A DNA stretch of 64,000 nt from the human T2T-CHM13v2.0 reference genome, Homo sapiens: assembly GCF_009914755.1 (NCBI RefSeq), contig NC_060936.1. One strand, written 5' to 3'. The notes beneath the pieces are model-generated. The model saw nothing but the letters and a program-made list of their open reading frames with translations. It was not told the DNA's origin and searched no databases. The stretch's first letter is position 1. Every line of letters begins with the position of its first letter. Position numbers and translations under genes: made by a program. This document shows, piece by piece, positions 1-14,280 of the stretch.

Positions 1-1449
1 TATCATTCAAGCTTAATAATCTAATGCCTATAAAAAGAAGATATACAAATTATTACATTGAAAAACTGTTGGTATTTTATAGTAACATTTAAGAATTTAT
101 AGCTTTTCACTAAAATCTAATCTAATCTATCTCTTAATTTCCTCATAAATCAGGTGGCTAATTTTTAGCCTAGAAAATGCAACTTTTGTTCTGATACTAT
201 GGCTTTAGTTTCGCAGGGTAGGGTAATCAGTATCATTACATTTTTATCCTCTAACACTTCTCTAAATAGAAGTGAGGTCTCTTCATTTAATTTGGGAAAT
301 TGAATGCCAGTCAGGGAATTCAAAACAGTGTTGGTTTCAAGTTTGAGTTTCCCTGAATAGTACCAAATTATTTTCCTTGACCCTGAGGCATGGGTCTCAA
401 TGAGAAAACATAGGGAAATTATGAATCCAAGATATCCTGAGACGATCTTGCCTACATATTTAACAGTGAACTGAAATTTTGTGTCTATTGTGGCTCATGA
501 ATAATAGGGATCAGTAACTGATTTTCATTGCATAGGCAAAAGTAAACCATCCATATATGTAAAAAATAAGATTAGATATATGTCATGACACTGTCCTTTT
601 ATTTTTATATGGGAAATACACCCATATGAATAAAAATTAACTGTTTGTCATATATGAAGCAAGATGCAAAGTTGGGAGTCTGTTCACACTGTGAACATTA
701 CCTTGAACTGATGAGAATTGGAGTAGCGTAATACCTTGTGCCTAAGTAATTCTCACATCACTGAACCACAAATCTGATAGACCTCTGCAGTTATTGTAAG
801 ATTTAATAGCAGAGAACGATAAGAAAGCTTTGAATTACTAAACACTGATAACACTTCTTAAAGAACAAAATAAATGAATATTTCATAATATACAATCCCA
901 GGATTAGCCTCTCTACCATGGGCTTTGTAGCTGAACACCTCTTGCCTCGTCATTCCCTTAATTCAACATTTTTATCTTGTGTTCAAAATATATATTTTAC
1001 ATTTATGTAGAAGGAAAGAAAGCCATGACTCTCATAACACTTCTATACAATCTGTATATAAAACTGGCTATACATCCATAGTTATGATGCCAGGAGAATC
1101 TCAGTGTTTGCTATGAATCACCCATTAGTCAAATCTCTCCACTCATCAGAGTCTGATTAGAAGCCAACTATCCCTGGGGCAGTTGTTTTTTGAAGAAAAT
1201 GTTAAAGTTGGTCTTCTTGTTTACATCCGGATAGTATGAATCAAATGACATCCCTGTGATGAAAAAAAAAAAAACAAAAGAAAGAAAGAAAATAGTTTAA
1301 AGCCTCTCATGGAACTGGCTTTTGGTGATGACTGCCTTCAGTGATTCTCAATTAGAAAACATAGAGCAGGTAAAAATAATTCCAGTTCTTAATTAAAAGC
1401 AGGAAATGATGTCACTTTCCATAGTTAAAGGCAGCATGACCTAGCAGAA

Positions 1450-1700
1450 AGTATGTATTCTTTGGAGCCAGATAAAACCTCAGCTCTGCTGCATGGCACC
1501 TATGTCACTTTGGACAAGTGACAACTTTCCTGAGGCAGATGTTCACATCTGCAGGTGGACGTGTTAATTAGCTTGATTGTGGTTATCATTTTATAATGTA
1601 TGCATATATCAAGACATCACATTGTGATCTTAAATATATGTAATTTTTATTTGTCAATTATACTTCAGTAAAAAATGGGCTAATAATAGCAACTAGGATG
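1450..1700 (+). mobile_element. MIR interrupted by an L1MB-like 3'-end fragment (~1552-1675)
   Basis: MIR core (tttggagccagat...ggacaagtgac...catctgca / aaatgggctaataatagc) is split by gttaattagcttgattgtggt...ttgtcaattatacttcagtaaa, a typical L1MA/MB 3' terminus. Confidence 0.65.
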
Positions 1701-2334
1701 GTTTTGTATATAAGTATATACAGGAATATACAGCCTAGGATTATAATAGAACGTTGCAGGTGCTCCATAATTTATAACCCAAATGTCCACAGATTTCCTC
1801 TGCCATCAGTTACACATGTTGCTGACTCTCCCTCCCACCTGCATAGCAGCAGTGTCTCCCTCACACTTAAAGTCTTTCACACACAGTGTGACCCACATTG
1901 CACAAGAAACCAGTAAGCTCCTGTTCTTCTGTCTTCATGAAACTAATGGTTACATGTCTCTGAGGGAGGTGCCCTTCTCAACAGCCCTGTTCCAGGTGCC
2001 CTCTGGGAGGACTGTGCTCTGGCCCAAGTCCTGGGCAAAGGCCCCAGGGGGCCAGTGCTCTGCAATGGATAAGGGCAGAAAGGAGAACACGACTTTCTTC
2101 CTTTTTCTCCTGGACCTTGAAACAGCCAATGTGTGACCCTCCTGGAAACATACCTATCCACTTCCTTTGCTTCACTGTCAGGATAAACTTGACCTTGAAA
2201 TTATGCCAGGAAATAAACCATTTTTGTTGGACATTCACCTGTCTTTCACCTCTGTCTCCAGTAATGTGCTAATGTTATCTCATCCTCCCAGGGAGCTTGT
2301 GAGGCTGACATATTTAACACCAATTTATAGATGA

Positions 2335-2766
<432 letters not shown>

Positions 2767-3277
2767 TGAGCACCACATGTTCTGCAAAACATTAGCAATT
2801 ATCATTATTACTTTTCTGCTCCAAGTCAAATTAGGCCAGAGTTTACACTCACTCGAGAATGATGAGTCTGAAGAGGTATCTAGAGTAGGAATTGAAATGT
2901 AAAAATCAGAGTAGTAGAGAGAGAGAATGGAGGCAAGGCTTTAAGAGATTAAGTAAAAGAGGTTTGGAAAAACAAAATCTTGATTATAAAAAGTAAAATA
3001 GAAAGGATGGATATGAAAGACTTTATGAATGAGTCATCATCTATTTTATTTATCTTCTTTTAAAAAATTCTTACATGGCACCAGCTGCTTCTGTCACACT
3101 TCACACCCCCAGGCCCAAACTACCTTCTCTGAGCCCTTTCTTTAAAAAAATACAAAAAAGTAAAGTAATCTTCCAGATAAAAACTAAGACTTGTTCTTCC
3201 CCCTCTTTCCTTTACCCTTCATTTCCGTAACTTATCTTTCTCTGTGAAAGTACAGGTGGGAAATAATCAAGGAACTA

Positions 3278-3279
<2 letters not shown>

Positions 3280-3329
<50 letters not shown>

Positions 3330-3332
3330 TGT
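3280..3332. repeat. (TG)n microsatellite
   Basis: About 21 perfect TG units plus an interrupted extension. Confidence 0.97.
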
Positions 3333-5261
3333 ATGAGATTTTTATCATAGTCTACAAGAAATCTCTAGAGATTGCTTTCAAACTAAAACCAATTTCATAC
3401 CCAATAGAAAACTTTAGTTTCATTGAAGGAAAAGCTAAATGGGAGCATTCAAAAGTGTCGTTCTAAAAAGAAGCCGGTTCTGAATACACTTGCCCAATTA
3501 CTACCAAGAAATCTTCTCCTCCTTAAACCCAGAAATAAAAAGAGAAGTGCGCTATTGATAATGCTTCGTGTCATTTATGCAGGGCAAGTGAAAGGTATTC
3601 TGGTTATCAGTCATTTTCTTTGTCAAGCATAATTTTTCATGAGTTATATTTTAGCAAAATACTAAATTCAATGTCTATTATTATTATCATTATTATTATT
3701 ATTATTGCAAACGTCTTCCAAGCAACATAGAAAGAACAAAGGTGGCATTAGTGGAAAATAAAAGGCAAATGCACGTTAACCTCAGCAATAGTTCACATGT
3801 GTTATCACCGATGCATCTTCTGCATCTTCTACCTCCTTTAATGCATCTTAAGTCATAATATTTTAGATCAAAATGTGCCAAATTAATTCAGCTCTAGTGC
3901 GTTGGGTTTTATGAACCTCCCAAATTACCTGTCTATTTGCTGCTGATGTCTGAAAGACAAGTGGAGGTGAGACCAACAAGAGATTTACATGTACCCTGAT
4001 AGAAAGGGATAATGTTGCATCGTTCTGTTTTACTTCTTGTATATTTATTTCTTTTTAGCAGCTTGAAATGATCCATAGATCCGGAAACTGGTAGACATTG
4101 CAGGCTTTCCTCGTTATTGCCACTCACATATTGTCTTCTTCAAGGCCCATTCTCTCTTAACCAGAGCTCCCAACAGAGAGGACAGTGGAATAGACATGGA
4201 AACCTCTAAAAAGTTTAGGCACTATATTACTAGCACATCCCTCTCAGCTGCATATATAAAAATCTCAAATAGACTTAATTTCTTTATATTGATGTAATAG
4301 ATCAAAATCTCAAATTAATATTTTGTTTCTGACTTTTTCATATTCAAATTCTTTAAAGAATATTAACTAAATATAGGACTGATTATTTGGTGATTATTTA
4401 GGTGTTACAAGTGAAAATGTGTATACTAATGTCTATGGATCTATCTCAAATGTTTCTTCAAGTTTTGTGTATTCTTTCTTCACATGCTAGTTTTGAACTT
4501 TACTTTGGTGCCTCTATCTGAAAACCAAGAGGAGGTGAGACACCTAAAAATATCCTCATTTGCATCTGTTTCCCTTCCTTCAGAGAAGGAGGGTTGGCCC
4601 ACCCAGTTTTGCCTTGACAACCAGGAAATATCTAATGACATGGAATTAATTCACTGTTGATCCCTCATGCTACCATGTCAGGTCTTCCATTATTTGGCTC
4701 AAACTGATGCTGAATTGCAAGAGAGCAGGACAGGAGCCTGTCATTTTTACATTCCGGATGGTTGCCAGTAGACATGATTAATAAAAGTCACTTGATACAA
4801 ATCAAAGAACTTGGTTAAGTGAATCAGATCCTCTTTACTTTGTCTTCTTACAGAAAACATGCTATAAGGTTCATACTTTTTAAAAGTCATGAAACAAAAT
4901 ATAACAAATTTACCCCATATTTATTAAATAGGGATCACTTCCTTCCTAAAAACATTTAAGTGCAGTTCTCCAGAATGAAAGAGATAAACATGTGTAGATG
5001 CAAATCAATTCTGTATTGGTTTCTTATTACCACATTAAAAAGAAAATCTGAAGATATAAGTTATGACTTAATTTTGATTTTGAATGCATACTGCTACCTA
5101 ATGTACATAAAATAACCATCACAGAATGAAACTGATATATCCAACAGCTGGCTGCATTTAAATGATTTTAAAATAAGTGCTTATAAAAAGTCAATTTTTG
5201 GTGTTTTGCTGCTTAGGAATGAAACGAATCACAAATGTTTTTATTTGATTTTCTCTGACAG

Positions 5262-5391
5262 GACTGGGAATTCCCACATTTCATGGGAGATGTTGATGTA
5301 AATCTCCCTGGTTTGCACACCCCTCACATGCAGTTCAAGATTCCTTTCTTCCAGAAAATCTTCAAGGAGGAATATCGTATTCACATAACAG
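5262..5391 (+). CDS. TMEM117: TMEM117 penultimate coding exon (130 nt; DWEFPHFMGDVDVNLPGLHTPHMQFKIPFFQKIFKEEYRIHIT+G)
   Basis: Pyrimidine-rich acceptor ...ttttctctgacAG|GAC at 5260-5261, open frame of 43 codons plus 1 nt, donor CAG|GTGTGT at 5392. The leftover G joins GC at 16693 to give Gly-Lys-Trp in frame. Peptide recognised as TMEM117 from memory. Confidence 0.93.
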
Positions 5392-5428
5392 GTGTGTTAT
5401 ATCTTTGAACACAATTTGATTATCTTCA

Positions 5429-5800
5429 TACATTAGTTAGGGTAATGCTAGTTGCTGTAAAAAGCAAGCCATAATATTTGAGAGGCATAAATACAATGTT
5501 ATTTCTCATTCACTTAACAGTGCAAGGTGGTTTTCAGATCAACAAGGGGCTCTGTACTATCATTCTGGGACCTAAGTTACTGGTGGCTTTGACAATTTCA
5601 GTGTTAGCATCCAGCAGGCAGATGGAAATACAGAGAATGGGGAAAGTGATTAAGAAGGCTTGTCTGTTCCGTAATCTCTTGGGCTTGGAAAAGAAATATG
5701 TCACCTTTCCTCATGTTCCATTGATGATAACTGGTACATAGCCCTACTTAGAGTCAGGGAGAGCAAGGAAATGTAGTCCTTAGCTGAGCAGCCACTTCTG
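5429..5800 (-). mobile_element. Old MaLR LTR (MLT1J/K/L-like)
   Basis: ttagttagggtaatgctagttgctgtaa...ttatttctcattcac...gggagagcaaggaaatgtagtc pattern typical of old MLT1 LTRs. Confidence 0.6.
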
Positions 5801-7015
5801 GTGTCAGATCTGGTATTCTAGTATAGGATTATCAAAGAGGGAAGACAAATCTTTGCTGTGGAGAGTCATTTCTGCCATACTCCATATGCCACTCTACCTT
5901 GATCTTGTTCATTGGATGGGTTTTTCACCACATAGAACTCAGTATCTATTTTCAATGTTATATTCTTTATGCTCTTGTTCTTCATTTGTTGCTGAAATTA
6001 AAACAATGGTATCCTAGAGCCCCAATCAGAACATATGTCTTTAGGGAGTTAGGCCACTTCTCATTTGATTTTCTGAAAACCTACTTCTGTGGCAAAGCTC
6101 AGGTTTGTCTTAAGTGATTCTCTTGTGGATCTTCAGATTATTTTATTTTCAGATATTTTCTGCTTTTGAAATGGCTAAAATATGATTTATTGTAATATCC
6201 TTTCATGACATATCAGTCATTCTCATCTAAAAAGGGCTTCCCGGAGCTACGTTTTATATCTGTCTTTCTTTATGACAAGAAGCAGACAGCTGAATGATCA
6301 CAGATAAAGGATGGCATTAGTTCCAAAGCTGTTCAAATGCAGGTAATGAGTGTGTGTCTGTTTTAAGGACAATGGCCTAGGATCCCACACCTGCTATAAT
6401 AAAATCTGCTGAAGAAATCTGTGCTTACACTACCGTCTGTGCTGCCAAATAAAAATAGTCTGAGCCCAGAAAACATTAACATCTGAGTACTGCAATAAAC
6501 CTTTGCTTCCCAGCTAGGAGGCTGTTTTTTGCTTTAAGCATGAGGCGACCTTCCTAAATTGGAGAATGAGCTCATGAATAGGGAAGATGCAGCAGGTTTC
6601 TTTTCCTATTCAAAATGAATGAGGCCCATCTATTAAATTCACTGGGTAAATCAATCAATTTGAGTTCAGGTCACATAGTCTGGTTTCAGAGTCCCCACTT
6701 AATCTCTGCAGCATGCTACCCTCTTGGACTTCTAAAACAGCTATCACACACATGGCATCATCATATCCCTTTGGGGGGGGCTTTTGCGTAGACCATCTGT
6801 TCTTGCTACCAGCTCTTGTCCCAGGCCATCATTACACTAATATTGTCTCTGACTATAAGAATGCCTTGTCAAAAATATCCTGCTTAAGTACAGAACTTCA
6901 GGTTAAAAAAGGAAAAAAAAATGGAGAGCCCATTGGTAAGAAAAAAAATGAGCTGCTAAAAATATTTAATTTAGGATTATTTTGTATAACTTTATCATTT
7001 ACATTGTCATTTATA

Positions 7016-7191
7016 GATGGTACAGATTTCAGATTTGTGGTGTCCAGAGTTTACACAATGTGGAATACTCTGTTTAAGAAGATGAATATAAAATTACATC
7101 TCAAAATTATATTCAGTGCCTCGGAAGGGGGCTATGCATGCAGAGTCCCTAAAGCTTCAGTGTTATTAACTTTGAGGTAAAGCCTACTGTG
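7016..7191 (+). mobile_element. MER53-like hAT MITE
   Basis: Resembles the recalled MER53 consensus (tttaagaagatgaatataaaattac...ggaagggggc...ccctaaagcttcag...ggtaaa); 8-bp TSD-like flanks CATTTATA (7008-7015) / CATTTAGA (7192-7199). Confidence 0.65.
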
Positions 7192-7394
7192 CATTTAGAT
7201 AGAAGCAGATACATGACTTCCATTTGAACTAAAACCCTCTTCCCACCAAGAATTATTTTCTGAAAACCTAAAAGGATGAAAGACTAGTTCAACTTTTATA
7301 GCAGAGACTACATATTAATCTGGTTTGCCCGAAGGTGGTAATGTATTGTAATTAAGGCTTTGGTGCAGTGTTTGCCATATGATGCTGATGGCCA

Positions 7395-7520
7395 AGTCAT
7401 CAGGGAACTTTATAAATACACAGATTGTTGGGTTTCATTACTAATGTTTTGATCCAGTAGGTCTGGGTGAGGGCCAGAGAATCGAACTTTGGGAAAGCTC
7501 CCCCAAGTGATGTTGATAAT
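7395..7520. mobile_element. MER5A (hAT-Charlie) fragment
   Basis: cagtaggtctgggtgagggccagagaatc...aagctcccccaagtgatgttgat motif. Confidence 0.65.
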
Positions 7521-7668
7521 TGGGGATGTCTCCTTTCTGATTGAGAGATGACAGATGAGATCAGAGCATCTCCCTGAAATGTGCCATGCAAACAATTGGG
7601 TGTCTGGACTTGCCAAAAAGGCTTTTGAGGATTCTGGAGCTTAAATTCAAAATATTAATAAAATAAGG

Positions 7669-8084
<416 letters not shown>

Positions 8085-8564
8085 TTAAATCCAATTTGTG
8101 ATAAACCCAGTTTGTTCACATGCATCCACATAGCCATGATAAAAATAACTGGGAAAATGGCACAGGTTTGGAGGTTGAAGCAGTCTGAGCTTTTCTCTCT
8201 TGCTTTTGTTCTGTTTCTTTTACTCTCTCTGTTTTGTTAATTGGCTGAAGAGATTGCTGAGGCCACCCCAGAGTAGCATCTAGTCTTCTGTGAAGGGCTT
8301 TTTACTTTACCTGACTACATTTGTAAGACAATTGTTTCTGTGGAAAACTAGGTAAAATTTCCAAAATACTGTGCTACATGCTGCATTTCAATATTCTCAA
8401 TAGTTAGCAGCCTACAAATTTCCATGTGAACTACAAATTCTAGCTTGCTGATCAGCTCCTCCGAGCCCTGGTACTTTTTTTATGGAGACTTCAGTGCTTT
8501 TCTTGATAACTAAATACAGTGTCACCACTGGGGTTATTAAGCATAAAACCCTCTAGATCCGTCA

Positions 8565-8750
8565 GGGGATGACAAACGTTAATGTGTATTGGAATCACCT
8601 GGAGAACTTATTTAAAAGACAGCTGCATTAGCCACACCTCCAGAATCTGATGCCTGAGGTATGCAGCAGACTTGGAATCCACCCTTCTGTCAAGCATGGC
8701 AAGTGATACGTCTGCTGGCTGGCAGAGGACTGCTCTTTGAGACATGCTGC
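8565..8750. mobile_element. MER5A/B fragment
   Basis: ggaatcacctggagaacttatttaaaa...ccagaatctgat...ctttgaga motif. Confidence 0.55.
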
Positions 8751-9179
8751 TGCTGAGAGACATTTTCTATAGTTAGAATTCCTCTTATCTCAGCTTTAAT
8801 TTGTTTTCATATGCAACTGTTAAAATCAAAAGCCAAGGGGTAGAATGCAAATTCAATAGCAGTGGGATGACCAGGGAGAAAGGCACATGGTAGAATCCTC
8901 CTAGGAGCTGAAATTTTAGAGCTGGGGCCAGCAGAGGAGACTATGATTGGGGAAAGGTGCTGGTCTGAGTGACCACAGAGGAAGCTGGAGCCAGGGATGG
9001 GAAGGGAACCTGTAGAACCCCAGACGGCTCCCTCTTTTGCTTTATCTGCTTTGTTTGTTCTGCACTAGAAGAGCCTGGACAAGGACTGTGAAAGGTCTCC
9101 TGAGTCAAAAGTTGACTCCACTTGGCCCCAATCTACCATGTCCCTATGATTTAGAAAAGACATCCAGCATACACTGAAG

Positions 9180-9400
9180 CAATGGAGCAAAGAGGTTGGA
9201 TACATGGGCTCTAGCTTTGCTACTTACTGGTGGTCTGGTCCTCATCGAGTTCCTTAGCCCTTCAGAGACTCAGTTTCTCGTCTATTTAATGGGCACAGTA
9301 ATAATACTTATCCCATAGGGTTGTTGTGAGAATTAAATTAATATATGTAAGGCACTTATGACGCTGCCTGCCATGTAGTAAGCATTCAGTAAGCTTTCAC
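9180..9400 (+). mobile_element. MIR
   Basis: ctcagtttctcgtctatttaatggg...gggttgttgtgagaattaaa...gtaaggcactta MIR core. Confidence 0.75.
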
Positions 9401-12400
9401 TGTTTTTTTACTTAAAGCTTTTCCTTTCATCTGGCCAGAGATTGTCTTTCCTATTTAATTCAGAAATGTTGGGTAGCTTGAGAGGGTGCCCTCTTGCCAC
9501 TTACCCACTATTCTGAGTTTTCTACTGTTATCTGCTGTCCTGAGTCCTTAAAAAGGAGAAAGCTAAGAATGCAAAATTCTCTCTCCCAATGAAATATTCT
9601 GTATGTAGAGGGTTATGACACTGATGAGTTCCCACTGACATTTTAAAAGCATATAGGATTTGAGTATTTTTTTAATCCTGATTCCAAGCTAGTTTTATTT
9701 ATGCATGTCAGAAATAACTTGAATTGTTGCATCTGTTTAGCTCATCTGGATCCCCCTTGACAGATGGCTTGCTGCAGTATGTATGAGCTTTCATTTTATA
9801 AGCTGGGCTACAGCTTATAAAAATAAATCATTTCTATCCAAGAGTGTTTTAAAATATATTTTTTCTTAGAATATGGGCTTCAGTAACAAAGGGAATAAAT
9901 GGTTAGTGATTAAGTCACACTGGTACTTTTAGCCCAAGTTCATTGTTCTCCTCCTAAAAGTAAACCCTAAAAGCAACTGTATAATGATCTTCTCTGCCCT
10001 CTTCCCCTTTACCTGTAAGGTAAGTGCATAGATGGATTGAAAATGCGATGTACTAAATCTCTGGAGGTGAGAGAGGAATGGCCTCTCAATTCAGTCTCGG
10101 AAGCTCCTCTGAGTCCTATTAATGCCAATCCCGGTGGAAGCTCTGCCATCTGTCATCGCAGCCAAAGGAAGTGTCCCATTGGTGGCCATCATCTGAGTAA
10201 ATTAGGAGGGGGTTGGGCAAAAGGCCAGAAGGAAGGCCTGTGCAGCCTTGAGAAAAGAATTCACACTGTTGGCACGATGATGCCCACGGGAACCCTTTTG
10301 GCAAAAATGGAACATGTAGAAGTAAACAAGCCTGTATAGTGTCTGTTCTATTTCAGTTTCCTGTGTTGTGTGAGGGTACAGGTGTTTTACAATGGTGAGA
10401 ATGTGGAAAATAATGAGTAAAAATGAAGGATTTTATTTTCATAGGTGCATGATTTCTAGCAAATGAGTTCCCAGAGACTGTTTTTTTTTAAAGAGCTCTC
10501 CTGTATGAATCAGGCCATGAGAAGGCTGGGGAGGGGACAGCCAGTGGTTCCTCCAGCAGAATGTTCTGTCTGGCAAAATTAGCAAGGGACTCGTTATAAG
10601 GAAATGTGTTGCATCCTGTATACAAAGAAAGTCCCCGAAGATCATGAATTTATCCAAAGTACACAAAGACCTCTTGCTCCTCTCTCAGTTGTGAATTTTT
10701 CCAAACCTTTCCTCAAGCAATTTTCATTTTCAGCTCTTAAGAGTTAACTATGTTTACTTCTATATAAAGCAGCAATTCCTTTTATTTGTCCAAAACTCAT
10801 CTTCTTCAGGGCCATCATTTTGCCCATGGCCTGTCAGTTCTTGCTGGCCCTGAGTTTCTGCCCTGCCCACCCTGAGGTATCCTGTCTTCATTTGTACATA
10901 CATGAGCACCTTTGTAATAAAACTTACATGCCCTTTAGGAATTGACTTCAGAGCCAGAGGAAGGACTCGAAATATATAATTATTCATAATCCTTGAAACA
11001 TGAACATTTTGCTTTTCACAGTTTTTCAGATTATGTCCAATTTTAGCTATGTCGTGGAATTCATCAGATAATTATGATACATGCATTTTATTTGAAATGC
11101 TAAAACTTCTCTTTTCGTATTTTTCTGGGCACATTGTCTCAGAGTTTACAAGTTGGTTAACAGATATTTTTCTGAGTTAATATGTGTCAAAAACTAGTTG
11201 GTATCTGGAGAACACAGAAATGAACACGACACAGTTCCCAATCTCAAGAAAGTCATAGTTTAATGGTCATCTAATTCAGTATAACCACTTTTCTTCTTTC
11301 TATGCTTATGATCACATGTTCCTACCTGTACTCGTCACATTGGATTGCTTCCTAAGAAATAGTCTCCCACTTAGGAAGTAACAATGACAAGAGAGGCACT
11401 TTGAGAAGTTGTATCAGTTTGTTTTTAAGTCTTAAGAAGGTACTTTGATAACTCAAATAATTATGACTACTTCATAAATTAATAAGTAAATATTTTCAGT
11501 TTACGAAATGGCCTCCTCATGACCCAAGCACTTAATGTGGTTTCTAGATATCCCTAAATTGCCTAGGGAGAGACATGAAGAGATGCTAACTCGTGAGCCC
11601 TGTTTTTACTGCTCACATCTGGAATGAGGGGAGATTAGGATGGATGGCCAAGAAGACTGATACAGCAAATTGCATATTTCTTTTACTTATCCAAAATTCA
11701 TCTTCTTCAAGGCCATGGTTTTGTGCTGTCCCATGATGGTTGCTGAATGACTTTGGGGAGCGTAACCACATCCATACACCTGCACTAGATGTCAAAGTCT
11801 GGCCAAGTAATCGCACCCATGTGGTAGAGAGGGGCCCACAGCACAGCTCATCCACAGTGCTAACTGGCACCTCTGCAGAGTAAAAGATTAAAAATATTAT
11901 ATTTGCATATTTCAGTCATGAAAAGTTCATTATATGGTGGAATTATCAGTACCTTATAGTCTTTTTCCTTAGTTGAAAAAAATAACACTTTCCCTCAAAT
12001 TGTTGTCATTTGCTATTTGAGGGTGATATTTAATGAAGAATCCTTTTAAAATGATCTATCCTCAGATTCTGTAAACTCCCACAAAGTAAAAAGATAAAAT
12101 TTTCATTATAATATCATCTCTGACAACCAGTAGGATTCATTAAAAGCCCAAAAACCAAAAAAGAGGTAATCCCACCAACACCACGCAGTGATTTCTCATT
12201 AGAGGAGATAGTGAAGTATTTCAACAAGGAGATTAATAGAAAGAATGTATGGATTCTTACCCTACCTCCTTGCTGATTTACATTGTGCTAGGTAGTTGAA
12301 ACAACAGGGGAAAATGCAAAAGCTCTCATATGATTAATGCTGAAATACCAACCCTCTGGTTACTGTCGATTGTATATTCACAACAACACACTTGGGAAAA

Positions 12401-13544
12401 TGGCTATAGAAGCACTTTCTATTCTGTTCTTTTTTGTCTTAAATCCTTTCTATCTGGGTCATTTCAGGGACTCAAATTTATTTTTTATGGTAAACACTGT
12501 TTCTCAGAAGATACAATTTTTTTTCAGAAAACCTTTCTCCTTCTAAAATTGTATATTCCATCTTCTTTGCTCTAATGTTGAGATTTTCTGGCCCAGCATA
12601 AAACACTAAGATTTAGGCAATGTTTATTTCACAGACTCATCAAAGAAACTTTTAGGGCTGGGAAGAAATCTTAAGGATTATCTAGCTCAACTCCCTCACT
12701 TTATAGACAAGAACACAGGGGTTGGGTTGCCCTGCCTGACTTCACCTTCTGCTTTGCCACATCTGATAGGGCAAAAGGAATTTTTTAAGGAGGAGAAAGC
12801 ATTACCAAGGTAACGACACAGTGTGTGGGAAAAATGGAAAGATGGATGACAGAGAAAGATGAACATCCTTCCTCTGTAAACAGATAAATGAACTAGAGGT
12901 CATGTCAGATGGGCAGAAACAAACAAACAAAAATAATAAAAAGGGCCATTTTTTCTACCATTTTAGCAGCTTCAAGTTTCAGCTGAGTGAGAGAAGGACA
13001 CTGCTGCATGCGCAGGAGGGAGAAGAAGGGAAATGTGATATGAATAGGCAGCCTGGCTCACTGCATCCCTTCCCCTCTGCACTTCCCCACCCCCACATGG
13101 CCTCTCTTCTGTGGGGGAGAGGTAGGGACACGATCCCCTGTTTTTTAGTCTCAAAATTCATAGATATAAAAGGTCTTTCCTCAGGGCCAATACTACTGCA
13201 AGCAGTAGACAAACTACTAATTGCTAAGGATTTTTAACATGTTAAATATGCTGATTTAGAAAGCATATTTACATAGAGCCACACACTGAGTCCTCTTGGA
13301 TAACTGGTCCCATGTCATCTTCCTATTATTGTTGGTATTTAGTAATGCATACTGTTTTATTCCAACAGAAAAATTAGATAATGTAATCACTTTTAGGATA
13401 TATCTTTGTTACAATCCTTATGTGTCCTTCTCTCCCTCTATTCCGTCACCAAGATCCTATATTGTCTGGATTGAAGAAGTAGAGAAATAAATTGGAGAAA
13501 TAATACCACCCTACATTTTTGGCAAACAATATATTTCAGAGAAT

Positions 13545-13835
13545 GTTCTAACACAACATCTCATTTTATCCTCACAAATAATCCTTTGAGGTAGTTACAC
13601 TGGTATTATTCTCCATTTCACAGAATAAAAAATTGGATTCTATACACGACCAATAAGTAGACAGATTTGGGGTAGAAGGGCAGAATTATGGAACTGGAAG
13701 GCATCTAGTTCAGTTTTCTCAATTTGAAAATAGAATAACCGTGGTCTAGAGAGGTTAAACAGGTTACCCAAGGTCATATGCTTTAAGTTCAGTGTTGGGA
13801 TGAGATGCCCATCTGCTCATTTCCAGCCTGCAGCT
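13545..13835 (-). mobile_element. MIR fragments
   Basis: tttatcctcacaaataatcctttgaggtag...ccatttcacag and gagaggttaaacaggttacccaaggtcata. Confidence 0.6.
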
Positions 13836-14120
13836 TTGTTGCCATGGTGCTCCCTTTTACAAACCAGTAAAGATGTGTTGGAGTAGGTGATGATATCCGT
13901 TAACTGATGTTAGGCCATACAGTTTTAATTTGCTCCTTCTCCACCCCATCTAAATGTTCAGACATCAGGACACATGAGAAATAATAAAAAGTGATCCTTG
14001 GGTGTGCAAGTTTAGTGGTCAAACTGACCCAGCACTATTCACTTGGTAGAAAAATAATTAAATAGTGCTGGAAAAGTTCTTTGGGAGAAAGAAACCTTTG
14101 GGAGTCAAGAAAGTAGTGGG

Positions 14121-14280
14121 AGCCAGGTATGGTGACTTGAGCTTGTAGTTCTAGCTACTTGGGAGGCTGAGGCAGGAGGATTGTTTTGTCTAGGAGTTCA
14201 AGGCTGCAGTGAGCTATAATTGCACCACTGTGCTCCAGCCTTGCAACAGAGTGAGACACTGTCTCAAAAGGAAAATAAAA
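14121..14280 (+). mobile_element. Alu monomer (FRAM/FAM-like)
   Basis: Single right-arm-like monomer: agccaggtatggtg...ggctgcagtgagctataattgcacc...gtctcaaaagg plus an A-rich tail. Confidence 0.85.

Noticed and set aside
6713-7180. 155-aa intronic ORF
   Set aside because: Runs through A-tracts and the MER53 element; no homology or splice structure recognised.
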